Of a DNA stretch of 64,000 nt, positions 1 through 14,900 are shown piece by piece (the stretch's first letter is position 1; every line of letters begins with the position of its first letter). This DNA is from Convolutriloba macropyga (Eukaryota). The DNA lies in assembly GCF_964194025.1 (NCBI RefSeq), contig NC_134471.1, positions 70,866,001-70,930,000 of the forward strand. Direction: 5' to 3'. The position numbers and the translations under genes are program-made. The notes below the pieces were generated by a model. The model was given only the letters and a program-made list of their open reading frames with translations, did not search any database and was not told the DNA's origin.

Positions 1-294
1 AGGAATTTTCATGAAAAGGGATAAAATAATAGTAATTATACTGAAAAAGTTGATTAAAAATGACAGGTAACGCAAAACTCAGTGTGATGAATTATTATTC
101 GAAGATAATTCAAACAGCTGGCCTATGGCAGAAATATGAGACAAATGAGAAATATGAGACAAGTGAAAATGAGTCAAAAATTTCAGCCAAAAAATTTTAA
201 TTTCTTCAACTTTAGGATCTATACAACTTGGCTGTCCATGCACTCTGTTTGGTCTATTGGTTACTAATTCAGCCCAATGAAAGGAAACAAATCC

Positions 295-608
295 CTATTG
301 CGAATTAAAGCTGCTAATTGGTCGACTTTCTCAGCCAATAACTCTTCGTCATCGACAACGATATTCTGCCTTGATATGCTGAGTTGTTTGGAACGTTTTG
401 ATTGGTTGATAATTTTGATTGTATCTGCAGATGATTCTAGAAGCTTCAATTCTGACTCGTTCAGTGACTCGCGTGACTTCTGAAGCAATTTGGCAATATT
501 CTTGCGATGTTTCCTCTTTTGCTCTGCTAAACTTGCGGTTGGCGGAGGCCGTTTCCGCAACTTTAACATTTCACAACTACGAGATGCTAAACTCTCTACA
601 TCTATCCC
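295..608 (-). CDS. SIRT7: N-terminal coding exon of a SIRT7-like NAD-dependent deacetylase; rest of gene lies left of the window
   Basis: Translation IAKLLQKSRESLNESELKLLESSADTI...RQNIVVDDEELLAEKVDQLAALIRN aligns by eye with the SIRT7 N-terminus (VSRILRK...GRLLAESADLV...RQEEVCDDPEELRGKVRELASAVRN). Polypyrimidine tract + TTTCAG acceptor ends at 609, in frame with the ATG at 569. The donor is unresolved (see findings). Confidence 0.75.
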
Positions 609-1142
609 CTGAAAAAAAAACAGAAAAAATTATCAAAAAGCTTCCCTTAAACATAATGTCACCAAATAAACAAAAGTTGAACGTAAAACTCATTTCAGTT
701 GAACGTAAGCTAAGTAAGTAATGTGTGATCATCATGACATCTTCCTTCGTTAGGTTAAGCGCTCAAAAAACCAATCAGGTAGGACAACCGAAAAATTGAC
801 CGCACGACTCGGAAGATTCGTTCTTACTTAAAAACTTATACAGACATTCATACGCAGAAAACCTACTCAATCTTCTAGACCGACACCTATCCGTAAAGAT
901 ATTTTGTTTCAAGTAATTTATAATCTTTAATAAACAAACAAAAAAATACAGCAGGACAAGTCCAGAACAACACACCAACGAAGAGTAATTAAAGGAAAAA
1001 CTTGAAAATCTTTGACTTAATCATCATACCAATAAAATGGTAAGCTTTTAAACAGTTGGTGTTGGAAGAGAAATCTAGAAAAGAAGAGGCAGGCAAAAAC
1101 AACAGAAATTGTCAAAAAAAATTACGATAAAAAGATTTGATA

Positions 1143-2829
1143 AAAATAACCGACTAACGTCGGAGGAATTGCTCTTCAACGACAATTGGTAGCTCGAATC
1201 TATTACAGTCCTCTCCAGTCTGAGGGGGAGTTAACTAAATCCACTCAGAGGGGCTCAACATGACGTCATTAGAGGTTATTAAATACCGTGTATAAACTCT
1301 AAAAATTACACGAAGTTTGGCGCCCATTTCATTTCACTTTTAGTTAAGCATCTACAGCCACTTGAGTTTTACTGACAACTTGAACAAAAAAAGAGCAGGA
1401 AGGGCAAAACTTTCGAGGAACTGGAAAAACAGCAAACTGATTTGCTTGATTTTAATACTGCTTAGGTCTTCTGAACAAAGCTTTACCTGCTAAAATCTAC
1501 AAAATGGCTTATAACCAGGTTAGCAAAAACCCTGCACGACGTAAAAAGGACAAACAGGCAAAAACACAGAAAACACTCAAAAATGCAAGTTATCCAATTT
1601 CTCGAAGCTAAAAAATTACGCGAAGACCGCCGGAATTTGAACCATTGATCAGCCTTTACTGTGCAAAAAATCAAAACATAAAATAACGTGAGAAGACATT
1701 TTTGCTTTCACAAGCTGTCTATTAACTGTGCTCAAAGACGATTGAAGACCACAGTCCAAAAAAAACAAAACCAAAACAGCGCCATTTTGGGCTCAAAATC
1801 TACCAACATTGACTTCCTCAGGTGCAATTTAAACCTTCTCAACAAATTCTGAACACTCAGCTCTTAAAGTCAAAAAGATTGCCATACCCAGTTTAGGGCC
1901 TATACTGCCTTACGTGTTTATCCCGTTTCCAAAGCACAAAGCAATGGGAAAATAAAGACATCAATACTGAAATCCAAATTCTTTAGATTAAAATAAAATG
2001 TAAGAACCTAACGCCAGTAAAAAAAAACTGGCAACGAGTTGGCTGTCTTGAGCCAGCGAAGACTAGCCTGACTGGATAAAAGGCAACTTAATCTACCTCA
2101 TTCGCCTTTCACTCAATGAACTTATGCATCCTCAGCAGCTTCGGTGAACGAAACATCGTTTCATCCATATAACTCGTTTCATCCATTTAACTCGTTTCTA
2201 TCGATGCGAAATTGAATCGCTCAGAAAAAAATATCTAGCAAAAGTTTCCAGTAAAAGACCACCAGGGCGCAAATATTTGAGGCAAATTTTGTTGATAGTT
2301 AATTAATCTTCGATTTTAAGATTGCTCTACATGTAACCCACTGCTCCTTAGAAATTCCACATCTAAAATGTTAAAATATGAAACGATGAAAACGAGCATG
2401 TAACTCTAAAGAAATTAATGTAAATCAAAAGAACAAAATTTTTGCAAAACTTTTATCGTCATGAACATTTATACATTCGATGAAAAATAATTGAAGTCCT
2501 TCCTGCAAAAAAACTTCTTATAAAAAATTCTTTCCAAAATAGCAATTACAACCAAACAGGCATAAAAACACACACGCACACACTCCCGTCTATTCTCTAA
2601 AATATCTAATTATTGAAAAAAAACAATAAATTTTTAGAATTTAGTTTCACGCGCAAAAAAAAACATGAGACAAACTTTCGCTTGTTTTTCACCTAGCTTA
2701 AGTGGGAAAAAGTTTAGATAACATTGAAATTGCGAGAAGTCAATCATGATAAATGTGACCAGAACAGAGAAAAATCTGGAGCGGAAAGATACACAATACA
2801 ATAAGTGCTTGGCGTTTCCATAAGCAATT
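1143..2829. repeat. Long non-coding interspersed repeat with HINE-type hairpin end; diverged second copy at ~3910-6360
   Basis: Begins ATAACCGACTAACGTCGG.GGAATTGCTC and ends AGCAATTA. Colinear similarity (roughly 70-80% by eye) to 3950-5290 and 5800-6360, e.g. AAAAATTACACGAAGTTTGGCGCCC vs AAAAATTACACCAAATTTGGCGTCC. Confidence 0.7.
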
Positions 2830-3909
2830 ACAAAAACTGAATTCATTTCAGATGTCACACTTAATTCGGCAGTCTTTTAATTTGAATATCAATGTCAAAA
2901 TTCGAAAAAAATGAATAAAAGCGGTAAAAAATGAGGCCATACATGGAAAAACATCGAGAAGTAAATTCGGTCAAACAAAACGCTTCGAGATGACCAAAAA
3001 TCAGTCCTGCAAATTTGCCTGAAGGTCATTGAAACATTAAGAAAACTCAAGTTTGGATATATCTTGTTGACCCTACTTTCTAATACAGAAAAAATACAAG
3101 TATAGGTATTTTTACAACAAGTTTTGCTTACATCCAGCGACTCGAAAATAAACAATTTAGACTTCTATACAGAAATAGGTTATTATGACGCTATTAAGTC
3201 TGAATTTCTGCAAGCGGACTATTTAATACAGAATTACCATAAAATTTGAAACTTACTCAACTAGGTGCTTTTAAAGAAGTTTTGTTAACACGCAGCTTTT
3301 CAAAAATTATTGGAAAAAAAACCCAAGCTAACTTCATTAACTTCTTGGAAAAATTCGGGCTTCCAGGTGTTTCATAAATTTTCAAACTAATCCTCTCTTA
3401 CATGCAAATATAATCGGAAAAACATTTACCCAGTTATTTATTCAGTTGAGTTTTACAACTAAGGTATCAAAATCAGCATTGCGTTACAATTTTTATATCG
3501 TCTCTAGAATTTAGAACCTCAGAAACAACCGGAAAGGATGAAAACTCAACTGCAACTACTGAACAATTGAAAAGCATCCATTATAATCTTAAAAATAATA
3601 GAACATCTATTGGCAACACCAAAGATACGGGACTGAAAAAAATGAGCCTAGCTTTTATTTAAATGTCGGCAAAAAATATTTGATTGCTCGATTTAAATCC
3701 AAATTAGTAAAATAAAAAAAGGAAATAAATGAAAATAATTTTTATTGCTCGATAAAAGTAAAATATATTTGAGTGCTCGATTCAAATAAAATAAAATAGT
3801 AAAATAAAAAAGACATGCGCGGTTCGCCAGTTCGTTTATCGAATCAATAATTACAAATGTTTCCGAATAACATCCAAGTAAACCGAGAATCAGTTCATAC
3901 GTTTTACAG

Positions 3910-6360
3910 ACCACACTAACGTCGGAAAAATTGCGCACCAATGACAATTGGCAACTCGAAACTATTACAGTCCACTGCAGTTTGACGGGAGGGAATTAAA
4001 ATCACTTTGAGGTGCTTCAAATGACTTTGAGGTGCCATTAAAGGTTAATATTTATTGTGTATAACTACTAAAAATTGAAGTGAAAAAATTACACCAAATT
4101 TGGCGTCCTTTTCATTTGACTGTTAGTGGTCTGCAGCAACTTATATTGACAACTTGACCCCAAGAAAAAAGCAGGAAAGGTAAAATTTTCGAGGAGCTGG
4201 AAAACAGCAAACTGATTTGCTTTATTTTTTTTCTGCTGTCTTCTAAACAAAGTTTTAGCTGGTAAAAGCTACAGAATGGCTTACCACCAAGTTAGCAGAT
4301 AACTGGCTCGACGTATAAGGCAAACACATACTCAAAAATGTTTAAAACAGAGTAGCAAAACTCAATGCTTATTTAATTTTTCGTAGCTAGTGTCTTCCAA
4401 CCCAATCTCGTTCTGTCAAAAATTTGAAAATGACCGCCGCTAATTAAAACATCAGCCTCTACTGTGCAAAATATTTCAAAAATAAAATAGCTGTAAATAT
4501 TGTTATCACATTACATATGCCTCTATAAAAACATAAAAGACATTTTGCTTTCACAAGATGTCTATTAACTGCATTCAACGCCGATTGAAGACATCAGTCA
4601 ACAACAATTAACAAAAAATAAACAGCGAAATCACGAAAAACTGCGCCATCTTGGGCTTAAAAACTTCAAATATTGACGTTTTCAGCTACAATTCAGGTCT
4701 TCTCAGCAACTCGGCACATTTAGCACTTGAAATTAAAAAACTCCGTTTAGGCCCATAGTGCAAACTAAAGCCTTCTATGTTTTACCTGTTTATCACGTTT
4801 CGAAAGCTCAAAGTAATCGGAAAAACGTGAGAATATCACAAAAAATTATAGCAAACCCAAAATCCAAACTCAATAGAGTGAAATATAAGAAACTAACGCC
4901 GGTCAATAAATTGCGTCTAGATGGCTTTGGCTGTCTTAGGCTAGCAAAAACTGGGCTAACTGGATAGTAATGGTCATAGCCCACCATATTAGCCTTTCAC
5001 TCAATGAACTTATGTAGCCTCAGCAGTTTCGATGAACGAAAGACTTGGTGCCTACTAAATTTCAAAAAGCAGCGCACTGTAGCTTCCTGAAACCGAGTTT
5101 TATCCGTTTATCCCATTTCTATTGATGAAAAAATCGAATCACTCAGAACAAAATAAACTAGTATAAGTTTGCATTAAAAGAACACCAGGACACAAATATT
5201 TGAGGCAAACTCTGGTGATAGTTGATTAGCCCTACTAGGATTGCTCTATATTAAGTCGCTGATCTTTAGAGGTTCTCCATTTAAATTGTTAACATAAGGT
5301 TACTTTGTGAAAGAAGTAAGCATGCACTAGCGAGACAAATTTTCGGGCTTTTCGGTCGATAAGAGTGATCAACTTTGAAAAAAAAATAAAACACTTCCAT
5401 ATAAAACTTGATGTAAAGAACCAAAAAACACTCAAAAAAATAGCTTCGCAAAGGATTGGTAAAATCAAATAGGCAAGTTGAGAATTCACAATACAAAAAA
5501 GATAAAAGAATTAGGGAGTTTTGGAAAATGAGATGAAAAGTTCCAGCTTGATTGATTAAGATAATTACTTAATTGTAGAAGAAGTACTTGATTGATAATT
5601 ATTAGAAAACTTAACAACCTATTTTACGCAATACTGATCAATTGCGTCTCAAGATAACTCTGACAGTTAGATTCTCGTGCAACAAATTGTCAAAAAAATA
5701 CCTCATAGAAATGGAAATTGATACTTGATTTGAAATTTAACGTCTACCAGAAACCCATAAGTTTTTAAAGAAAAACCGGTTTCAAGAAACGACGGATACG
5801 AGCATGTAACTCAAAGAAATTAATGTAAATAAAACTAACAAAATTTTTGCAAAACTTTTATCGTCATGAACTAGGTATATACATACATACGAGGAAAAAT
5901 AACTGAGGTCCTTCAGGAAAACGTAAAGAAAAATTTCTCCCCAAAATANNNNNNNNNNNNNNNNNNNNNNNNNNNNNNNNNNNNNNNNNNNNNNNNNNNN
6001 NNNNNNNNNNNNNNNNNNNNNNNNNNNNNNNNNNNNNNNNNNNNNNNNNNNNNNNNNNNNNNNNNNNNNNNNNNNNNNNNNNNNNNNNNNNNNAATATCT
6101 AATTATAGAAAACAATATTTAATATAAAATAATTATTCAGAATATAAAATAATTATTCAGAATTTAGCTTCACAAGAAAAAACATAAAATACAACTTTGG
6201 CTTGTTTTTCTTTAGGCTTTAGTGGGAGAAATTTTGGATCACATGGAAATTACCAGAAGTCAAACATGACAAATGTGACTCGTACAGAGAAAAATTTGAA
6301 GCAGAAAGTTTGCATAAAAAGACACGACCACAATAATTGCTTCGAGTTTCATCCATAAGC
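3910..6360. repeat. Diverged second copy of the 1143-2829 repeat, with an internal insertion and an assembly gap
   Basis: Colinear shared blocks such as GCCTTTCACTCAATGAACTTATG, ACGAGCATGTAACTC and TTTTTGCAAAACTTTTATCGTCATGAAC. Confidence 0.65.
5949..6093. other. Assembly gap (N run)
   Basis: Run of n characters. Confidence 1.
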
Positions 6361-8403
6361 AAAGATACCCGGCAGACTGCCGGAAAATAGCCGCCGTTGA
6401 TTCCAATAAGCATGATTGGGATTGAAAGAATAGAATATATTGAAAAAAAAAGATTTTTGTACAAAAACATTTTTTAAGTCCGATTTAGTTTGATGGCATT
6501 TCGTAGTTGAACATAACGTACTTCTGTTTCTTAGAGAGAGGCTACAGGGGCTACTATCAATACCAATAAGCATTAGAGATGGTAACTAAGACTTATTTGG
6601 AACTAAGTTCAAATAGCGGGCATCTAAAACTGGGCTTTATGGGTTTATCCCGTTTCTATTTCTGACTTCGGTTTTTTATTCTGACTCTGTTCATTTTGAA
6701 TTGCTTTGCTGAGCAACTGATGTTCAATTTCACTTTAAGCGAGAAACTAGCCTAGAGAAGTCAAAAATATATCACGCAAAATGTTGAAAAAACGGCAAAA
6801 TGAGGTAAAGCGAAACATTTTTTATTCGACGAAGTGAAAAAACATAGCAGGACAAGTCCTGACGTACAATTCAAAGAACTTTCATTGACTAAACAGAAAA
6901 CTAGACCTAGAACGGACTATGAATGGATTGGAAAAACCATTTACAAAAATCCGATCCAAAAAATCGAAAAAACTGTAAAAATGAAAGTGTAATTGCCGCA
7001 TGTGAACAAAAAACCACTACCGATAAAGCGAATTTTTGTTCAAACACCGTATTCTCACTCTATAAAAATAGAGCGAAAAAATTTCACGCCGCAAAACCAC
7101 TCGCCTTTTCGCTCCATTTCCTGTTTCGGCGTGACCAAAATCACTACTCCAATTTGACTTCAAAAATCATGAAAATGTGTGAACAGATCTTTAAAAAAAA
7201 AGACAGCGCCCCAATACAATTCAAACTTTTTGAATTGTAAAAAAGAATAGGAGCGCTATAATAGCCGGTTGAGAAGATTAGGGCGGCTATTAATTACAAA
7301 AACTAACTTAAATTCATTTGTTACACTCTATTCGGCGCGCTTGTGATTTTAACTTCAATTGTCAACTTTTGAAAACAAAATTGAATGAGAGCGGTAGAAA
7401 ATCTCAGAAGCCACAAATGGGAACTTCTCGAGAACTAAAACAGGTCAAAGAAAACGCATTATAAAGATGACCAAAATCACTAATCCAAAATTTGCCTGAG
7501 AGTAATTGAAACACTGATCGGTTCAAAGTATTGGGAAAAAAACATGTTAACTTCATTGGCTTCTTGAAAAATTCGAGCTTAAAACTGATTCATAACTTTC
7601 AAATTATATTGTATTATTATACTGTATTATGTAACTTCTAATACGACTCAATCTTGAGCCAATGCCACCAGTTAATAATGACACTAAGAAACAGTACAGA
7701 AAACTTGGGCAGTACAATCACTCACATTTTATTAAAACAAAAACAGTGTCGAGGTCATGTAAACTAATAACTGCCCTTCAATGGATTCAAAAAAGATAGT
7801 TAGGAAGTAATAGAACACATCTTTGACCTTTGGAAACCATTAGTTAAGAAAATCAGGAGAAAAACAGCAAAAACGGAGGTCAAAAGGCCGTACAGAAAAA
7901 CTTCAAAAAATTGAAAATTTGTTTAAACACCAATTGCTCGCTAACTTTAAAGGTACTTTGAAAAAATCACGCTTATAACCTGCGCGGTTTTCGCTCCCTC
8001 TTCTACCCGTGTGATTGAATTCATCACTATATGACAAAGTCGAAAAAGTGTGAAAAGATCTTAAGGAAAAGACCGCACCAATACAGATCAAATCCTTTGG
8101 ATTGTTAAGAAAACCAAGAACACCGCAATATAGCTCCGCTCAGCTCATAGATATAAAAACTACATCAATTACAGCAGGTTTTTAATACACTCAGTTTAAA
8201 ACGAAGAGGCGGAGTACTATAATTTTCAATTTTACACCTAATAAGCTTCACCACATAGATGGAAATAAAGTTTTAACGAACACAAATGTTGAAAAAAAAT
8301 CAATTTAAAAAGCAATTACAAGAAATGCATATTTATATATATTGCACATTTACTATACTTCACTAAAAATTTTCAAAGGAAAAATTTAAAAAGCAAAGCA
8401 AAG

Positions 8404-8929
8404 CTACAGTTCAAACTTGGAGGTTAAATTTTTGTTAGCAAACACCAAAATATTCTTACTTTGACCATCATTTCTATCTGCGAAATGTGAATAATGAAAA
8501 GTTTTATCCAAATACATATCATCTCTTGATAATACATCTTTCAGATGTGAATGGACATAGTCAAACATAACCACATACGAAAAATTCGCAAACGTCCGTT
8601 CATTTCCGAAATTCTCCAAAACCCAATTATGAGGGTCCTCCAAAAATAGCTGAGTTTCAGTGTAATAATTCGGCTTATTTGACAAATTCGGCCTGCAATC
8701 CAGGGACCTGATAGTTAAGTTCGAGATATGCATGTGAGTTCGTCCGGGTAATGTGTAGCAGGGAGTCAAAATTGCAACCGATGGTGACTCGATGGATTTC
8801 AATCTGATGTTGAGGTAATGAGCTGCAAATATTGAGCCTGATTGGTGAGTGATGCTTAAGTATAGAGTTACTATTGCGTTTATTGAGGCCAACGACCATC
8901 TGCACAGGTTTTGTGTTCTTGTTGATGCA
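8404..8929 (-). CDS. PIGB: PIG-B terminal coding exon
   Basis: TTTCAG| ...SINAIVTLYLSITHQSG...LTPCYTLP...LDCRPNL...YVVMFD...stop. Confidence 0.9.
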
Positions 8930-11900
8930 CTGAAACAATTGGAAACGGGTTTAAAACATAAGGCAACACAATTTATAGTTGAAATTAAGCATGATTTTGG
9001 TCCGCCTTATTCATTTATAGTTTTAATCACGGTTATATCCTCGTAAATTAGAAAAAATGTTCTCGGAAGTAATTGCTTCTTCCAGAACCTAAGCACCGAA
9101 CACCTGTAATTCTGAGGTTGTAAATAGTTACGAGTTCTTTCTCCATTAAATACATAACCTCAGCTTTGACTAAGAAATACTTATGAATGACCCTAGCTTT
9201 TGATAACTAGTTGCGATCATTCTAGGACTCGACAAACGTTTCAATCTACAGTCCACTTAAGGGGCTACAACCCATTTTTACAACAGACAATATTGCATAG
9301 CATATAAATAATAATTTTGCTTACCAATTAGCAAAATAGTAGGCTGCATAGACCAGCATCAGAGGCAACACTGGTAAAATAAACCTCATCTCCTTATGCG
9401 GAGGAATACTGTATACAAACACGGCCCATGCTATTAAAAACAGCATCAATTTGGACATGCGTTTGTCAGTCCATGACTTGTACACTCCAAGCAGAAAGAA
9501 TGGCAGGAATGTTCCAAGAACTCCTGGAACTCCAGCGTAGAGATACCATAGAGGGTGATTCGTTCCGAAGATCTAAAACAAAAAGTTGGATGAAAAATAC
9601 AAAACATAACCGACTAACGTCGGGCGAATTGCTCAACTTTGAGACTAGTGAGCTGAAAGGCTCTAAGAAAACTTAATGCCCACTCGGCGCTAGCTCTTTA
9701 TCCGTTTTTGAGGACGAAAAGTGAAATGGGTCAGACGAAAAATCGCATAAAAAGACCGACAGGACTAATACAATGGCTACAAACTTCGTTTGAGGACAAT
9801 TAAATAACACGCTCTCTTAATTTGTTCAGAGGCTCAGGAAAAGTATGATTTCCAAACAAGGGAAGGAGATAGCCAAACGAAGTTCTTATGTGTTCATTCC
9901 AAACCTTACATTCCGACTTATAAGATCGCTACCCTTTTAATTTTGATTGTTCACTAAACATGAAACTACCAACGCATTGTCACTTAGCAATGCCTATATT
10001 TGTTCAATAGTTCAAAAAAGAATTAATTTATCGTTTTGGCACAACACAGTATATCAAGAAATATAAAGTCAAAGTCACCGCAACCAAACCAAAAGGACAA
10101 TCGACGAGATTTGGCGGTATCTACTTTTCAGATTGTCCAGAGTAATTGAAACATATATAGCTGACAAATTGGCACAAAGAGATTATTATTCAAAGGTTGT
10201 AAATGATTTTCTCAAACTCCCATTATTAATGAGGACTGATTCTTTAAGTTTTTGACAAAAATGCGTTACATCAACCATAGAAGGATTTTACATATGATCA
10301 GGTAATAATTTTAGGAATTTCAAATCATTGTATAGTTTAGTACATCGATATCGGACTGAATGACGTTCAGTTGGTATTTTCAGCAGCCCCGTTTCTGACA
10401 ATCTTGTCACACGTTTAATGCAATTGAAATCCAACAGGTTATTACAAAAATTATCTGAAAGTAAATTGTTGATTGACTTCAAGACAATTTTTTGTAGCTC
10501 ATAAAGATGAAGATCATATACAGTTAGCAAGGAATGTTTTTCAAATGTGTCTCGACAAGAATCAATCTTTCTGCGGAAATATATAAACTTCAGCACTTTT
10601 TTCTGCAATTGGTAGATTGGTAGGAGAGATGAATAATAGCAGTAACCATAGATAAGAACACCATATTGAATAATTGGATTATAATTAGATTGGTAGAAAT
10701 TGATCAGTTGCTGCCTGGGAACATAATGTATGTTTAGTAATTTGGCCGCAAGCTTACTCAATTTTGGCTTAGCATATGCTATATGACTTCTATAGGAGAG
10801 GTTTTAGTTTACATTTAGCCCAAGATAATTACAAACGTTATCGGTTTCAAGAGTCAAAATTTGAATAACACGTCGTCATTATCCTGATTGGAAGCAGTAG
10901 TATTAAACTTCAAGTTGTTTAACCAACTAAGAAAATTACAGGGATCTTGTTGAAAGTGTTTGTTATCGTGACCAATTGAGGTAAGGCTTGTGTCATCAGC
11001 AAAAGGTATCGTTTTCAGGAAATAAAATGCTTTTGGCATATCATTAATATATGAAATGAAACATACAATGGACCAAGAATCAGTCCCTGGGGCACTCCTA
11101 GTTTGATTTTTTTCCAAGTAGAGGTTATTCCATTGGGATCAACTCTCTTTAACCCATCCATCAAGTAAGATTTCCACCAACTAAGGCATACACATCTAAC
11201 TCCATAGGGTTCTTTGTCAAGCAAAATTTTGTGATTAATGGTGACAAAAGTCTTCCTGAAATCAAGAAAAATAACTTTTTATTTTGTGTTAGACTGCCTT
11301 ACATGTTGTTAATCCAACCAGAGCGGAAACCAAACTGTGGAAAACCAAACTGTTGGTTGTAAAACAAAGAGAATTTTTCGAAGCAGTTGTAAACCCTATT
11401 GAACATGACCCTTTCATAAATTTTGCTCCAAAAAACAAATAGAGACAATAGTCCACAGTTATTTTCATCTTGTTTTCAACCAGCTTTCTTTATGTAATGG
11501 TAATATTATCGCTTTTTTTCAATTGATCACTAAAAACGCCATCTCTTAATGACATGTTAATCAAATCCAGTAGGAAATTTACCGTTATTCAAAGAGATCT
11601 TCAAAATAACGTTATCTATATAGCGGGCTCCTGAGCATGCCTTACTTTAAAGTTATAAACAACACATTTTATCTCGTTATCATTGGCAGGGTATAAGTAA
11701 ACAGATTGGTCCTCCCTTTCAAAATTTTTGGATCCAAATGTGTAGGTAAGCGTTGACTAATTTCAATTCCAATATTGGCAAAATTGTTATTAAAAGTGCT
11801 AGCATTGTTTTCCGTTGAGGGATCAGTTATTTGATAAGAACAGCTTGCTAGAATTGGAGGCCTGGTCATTGAAGAAGTTTTTCTACTTAAGTCAGTAGTT

Positions 11901-14900
11901 ATTTTGTAAGTTTGGCGTGTGCCTTCTAGGCAATCGCTAAACTTTTCTCTATATTACTTATTTTTAGCATTTTTAAAGCTACTTTCAAACCGCTGTCTAA
12001 TTTCATGAAACATTTTAGGTTACTAAAAATTTCTCGATTAGAGTTCCCGAGTTTAAAAGCTTGTCAGATCGATCTTATAAGCAAGTTGGTCAACAACTAG
12101 AGATTTTCATCTTCAAGAAACAAATACCCAAAATTTAACCGAGATGGAAAAAAGTTAATTTTGAACAGTATCAGGAAATTTTCCACAAAACAATACACAT
12201 ATGAAAAATTACGGGAAACCCTAGATCGAATAAGGCAACACAAGTCCCTGGTTTGCCCTGCCTTCGGACAATTTTACAACGATCAAGCTTCTTGTTTTCG
12301 CATTAAAACTTAGGAAAACATTTTGCATGTTCACTTTGACTTTAAACACATTTGAGATTGCGCTCATATAGATCATGAAACGGCAGTGCGTTTTGTTCAA
12401 ATGCCATCAAATATGCGATAATGCTAAACTTCTCTAATGCCATTGCACAGATATCCATCCAATTTGAAGCCATGTGACTGGTTGATTGTTCAACGATGAC
12501 GAGGACAACACCTAATATCACGCAATTAATTCGAGGGTCACTCAATGAGGAACAATTTTACGTACATGTGACTGAACAATAATAGTTTTATCATCATCGA
12601 CAATTCAAACATGAACTCGACCAAATTAGATAATGAGAAATACTGGAGGTTTGCTGATTCTACGCTCGAGTCTTCAAAACAGCCATTTTCGAGCGCCAGA
12701 AACGCCAAACGCTTCCTTTCACCTCATGATCAAAATTATTGTTTCCATATACTGTTGTGAACAAACTAATGCACGTGCTTACAATGATACTGCTTTGCGT
12801 ATAGCCTTTTGAGGTGGGAATTGAACTTACAATTAACAGAACTTACTTTAAGTTAACTAAAAGGCTACCCAAAAACAATCAATTGGTATTATCCCTTTAT
12901 CAATTGAACAAAAAATCTAAGTGAACTGTAGGCTAAATTTTTTAGAATAAAATTTGTATTAATTCATAGGTGGTTGGCTTTTTAATTTTCCGGGAGCGTA
13001 TCTTCGGCGAACATTTTAAACACCTACCTACCTTATTTTTATCCGATAAGAAATTGAATTTGACAAAATTCCACAAGGGAAATGTTGTCTTTCCTCCGTA
13101 GAGTAATGAGTCTATGGTGATCTGTGTGAACAAAGCAGAGAACCCCACAAAACCCATTTGGAATATGATTGACATTTTGAAGTCCAAATTGTAGAGACAG
13201 TAGAGTGACATTGGCACGCTTAACACTGCTGATGTTGGGCGCGCTGAAACAAAAAATAAAATAGCTCAAAGAAGCAGTAGCTATACAGAAAAAAAAATCA
13301 AAATCGCATATATGAATTCCCCCCTTTTAAGAAAATGTTTGAAAAAAATCAAAAATAAGAGACCTTTCAATGCAAATGCTAGGGCACTGAAGATATTTAG
13401 AAAAAAAATTCTCCTATATTTTTCTCAGCAAGTAAAATAAAACAATTGTTCTTCAACAGCTCAATATATAAAGGAAAAATTATGAAGAACAAGTTCTACT
13501 CATAAGATTTCATATCTCAAGAAAAGCTAAGCTACTGACTTTTTGTGGCATTTTGAAACAATGAAAAAGCAGATTGCAAATTGCGCAATACTGTTCATTT
13601 ATTTGAAGCCGATGTCTTCAAAAAACTTAAACATGATTGCATCTTTTAAAAGGAACTGCAACTAAAAAAAGGCAAAGCTACACGAAACAAAACATTATAA
13701 AGTATCACATAGAACTTCATTAAGTATATTAAGTACTAACAAAGCTGGCAGATTGCCAGAAAATAGATCCGATAGCTTTTCTAGCCTGTAGTTGACACAT
13801 ACCAACAAAAGACCTTAAAAAATAAGGGAAAAATTGGTTTTTCTTATAATTGTTATCTGATGTCTTCAATTGACTCCCACATATATACTGTAAAGCTTTT
13901 CTCAAACAACCTTGATTTAGAGTGAGATACTCTTAACTTTCAATCATACCATCAAAGTAAACAAACGTCAATTTGAGAGCAAGGTTGTCACGTGCAACAA
14001 GAAAAACTATTTCCACGAATGAAATCTCACTTCAATAAGTGTTCAAAATAACATCACGCACGTATCTCAGTCAATAAATTGATTGATGAATCAAAAACAG
14101 CTGACTTGAATCGAGCGCGACGTCTAGTCAAAGTTGTAGCATAGCAGACGATTACGAAAAAAAAACCAAGAGATTGCTAATAATAGCTGCACTTAGCGGT
14201 CTCACCTATTAATAGATGATTTCATTAAACACGTACAATGTCATTGCGTTGCAAGGCTAAAGATTGTAGACAGTCAGCACTGAGAGACACCAATTTTGTT
14301 ATATATAAATAAAACACTTCAGGTTTCCGATCTAAATAAATCAGGTCAATTGAGAAAAATTCGCACACGGCTAGCTTTTAACTCTAGAGGAAAATCAAAG
14401 ACTTTTCACTATGTAATTTTTTTTAACTTCCTGACTATTCTAGTTCCTTTTTCCTTACATAAGTTCCCATACTACAGAAACTGTTAAACCCTTTGGCTCA
14501 ATAAAAAAAACTGTCATCGACTTGAGACAGTTTTCGAAGGTAATATAAATACAGAACAATAGGAAACACTTGAAAAATATAATCTTTCGCTAGATTAGAT
14601 CTATTCGCTTTTAGCAACACTAACACCAGACATTAAAAAACAAATAAAATTCAAAGGATTTAATTTTTCGTCAATATAAATTTGTAAACGTTTTCTTTTA
14701 TTATAAAGTAACGAAAGTAATGAAACATAACCGACTAACGTCGGGCGAATTGCTCCCAATCAACCGGTGAGCAATTGACGTCGTCAGTAGCTAGGCACGT
14801 TTTAGTGAGGTTAGCTTTAGCTAATTTGAAGGGGCGTAAGTGAGCGCAGCGGGGGGGGGGGGGGGTCCACCGGTGGGCAGATGGGGTGGCAACAGTGGGC

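Noticed and set aside
5864-6115. 83-aa ORF
   Set aside because: Spans the N gap; artefact.
14851-14865. Poly-G run (also 21066-21079) as a functional G-quadruplex
   Set aside because: Homopolymer inside repeat or unannotated sequence; no supporting context.
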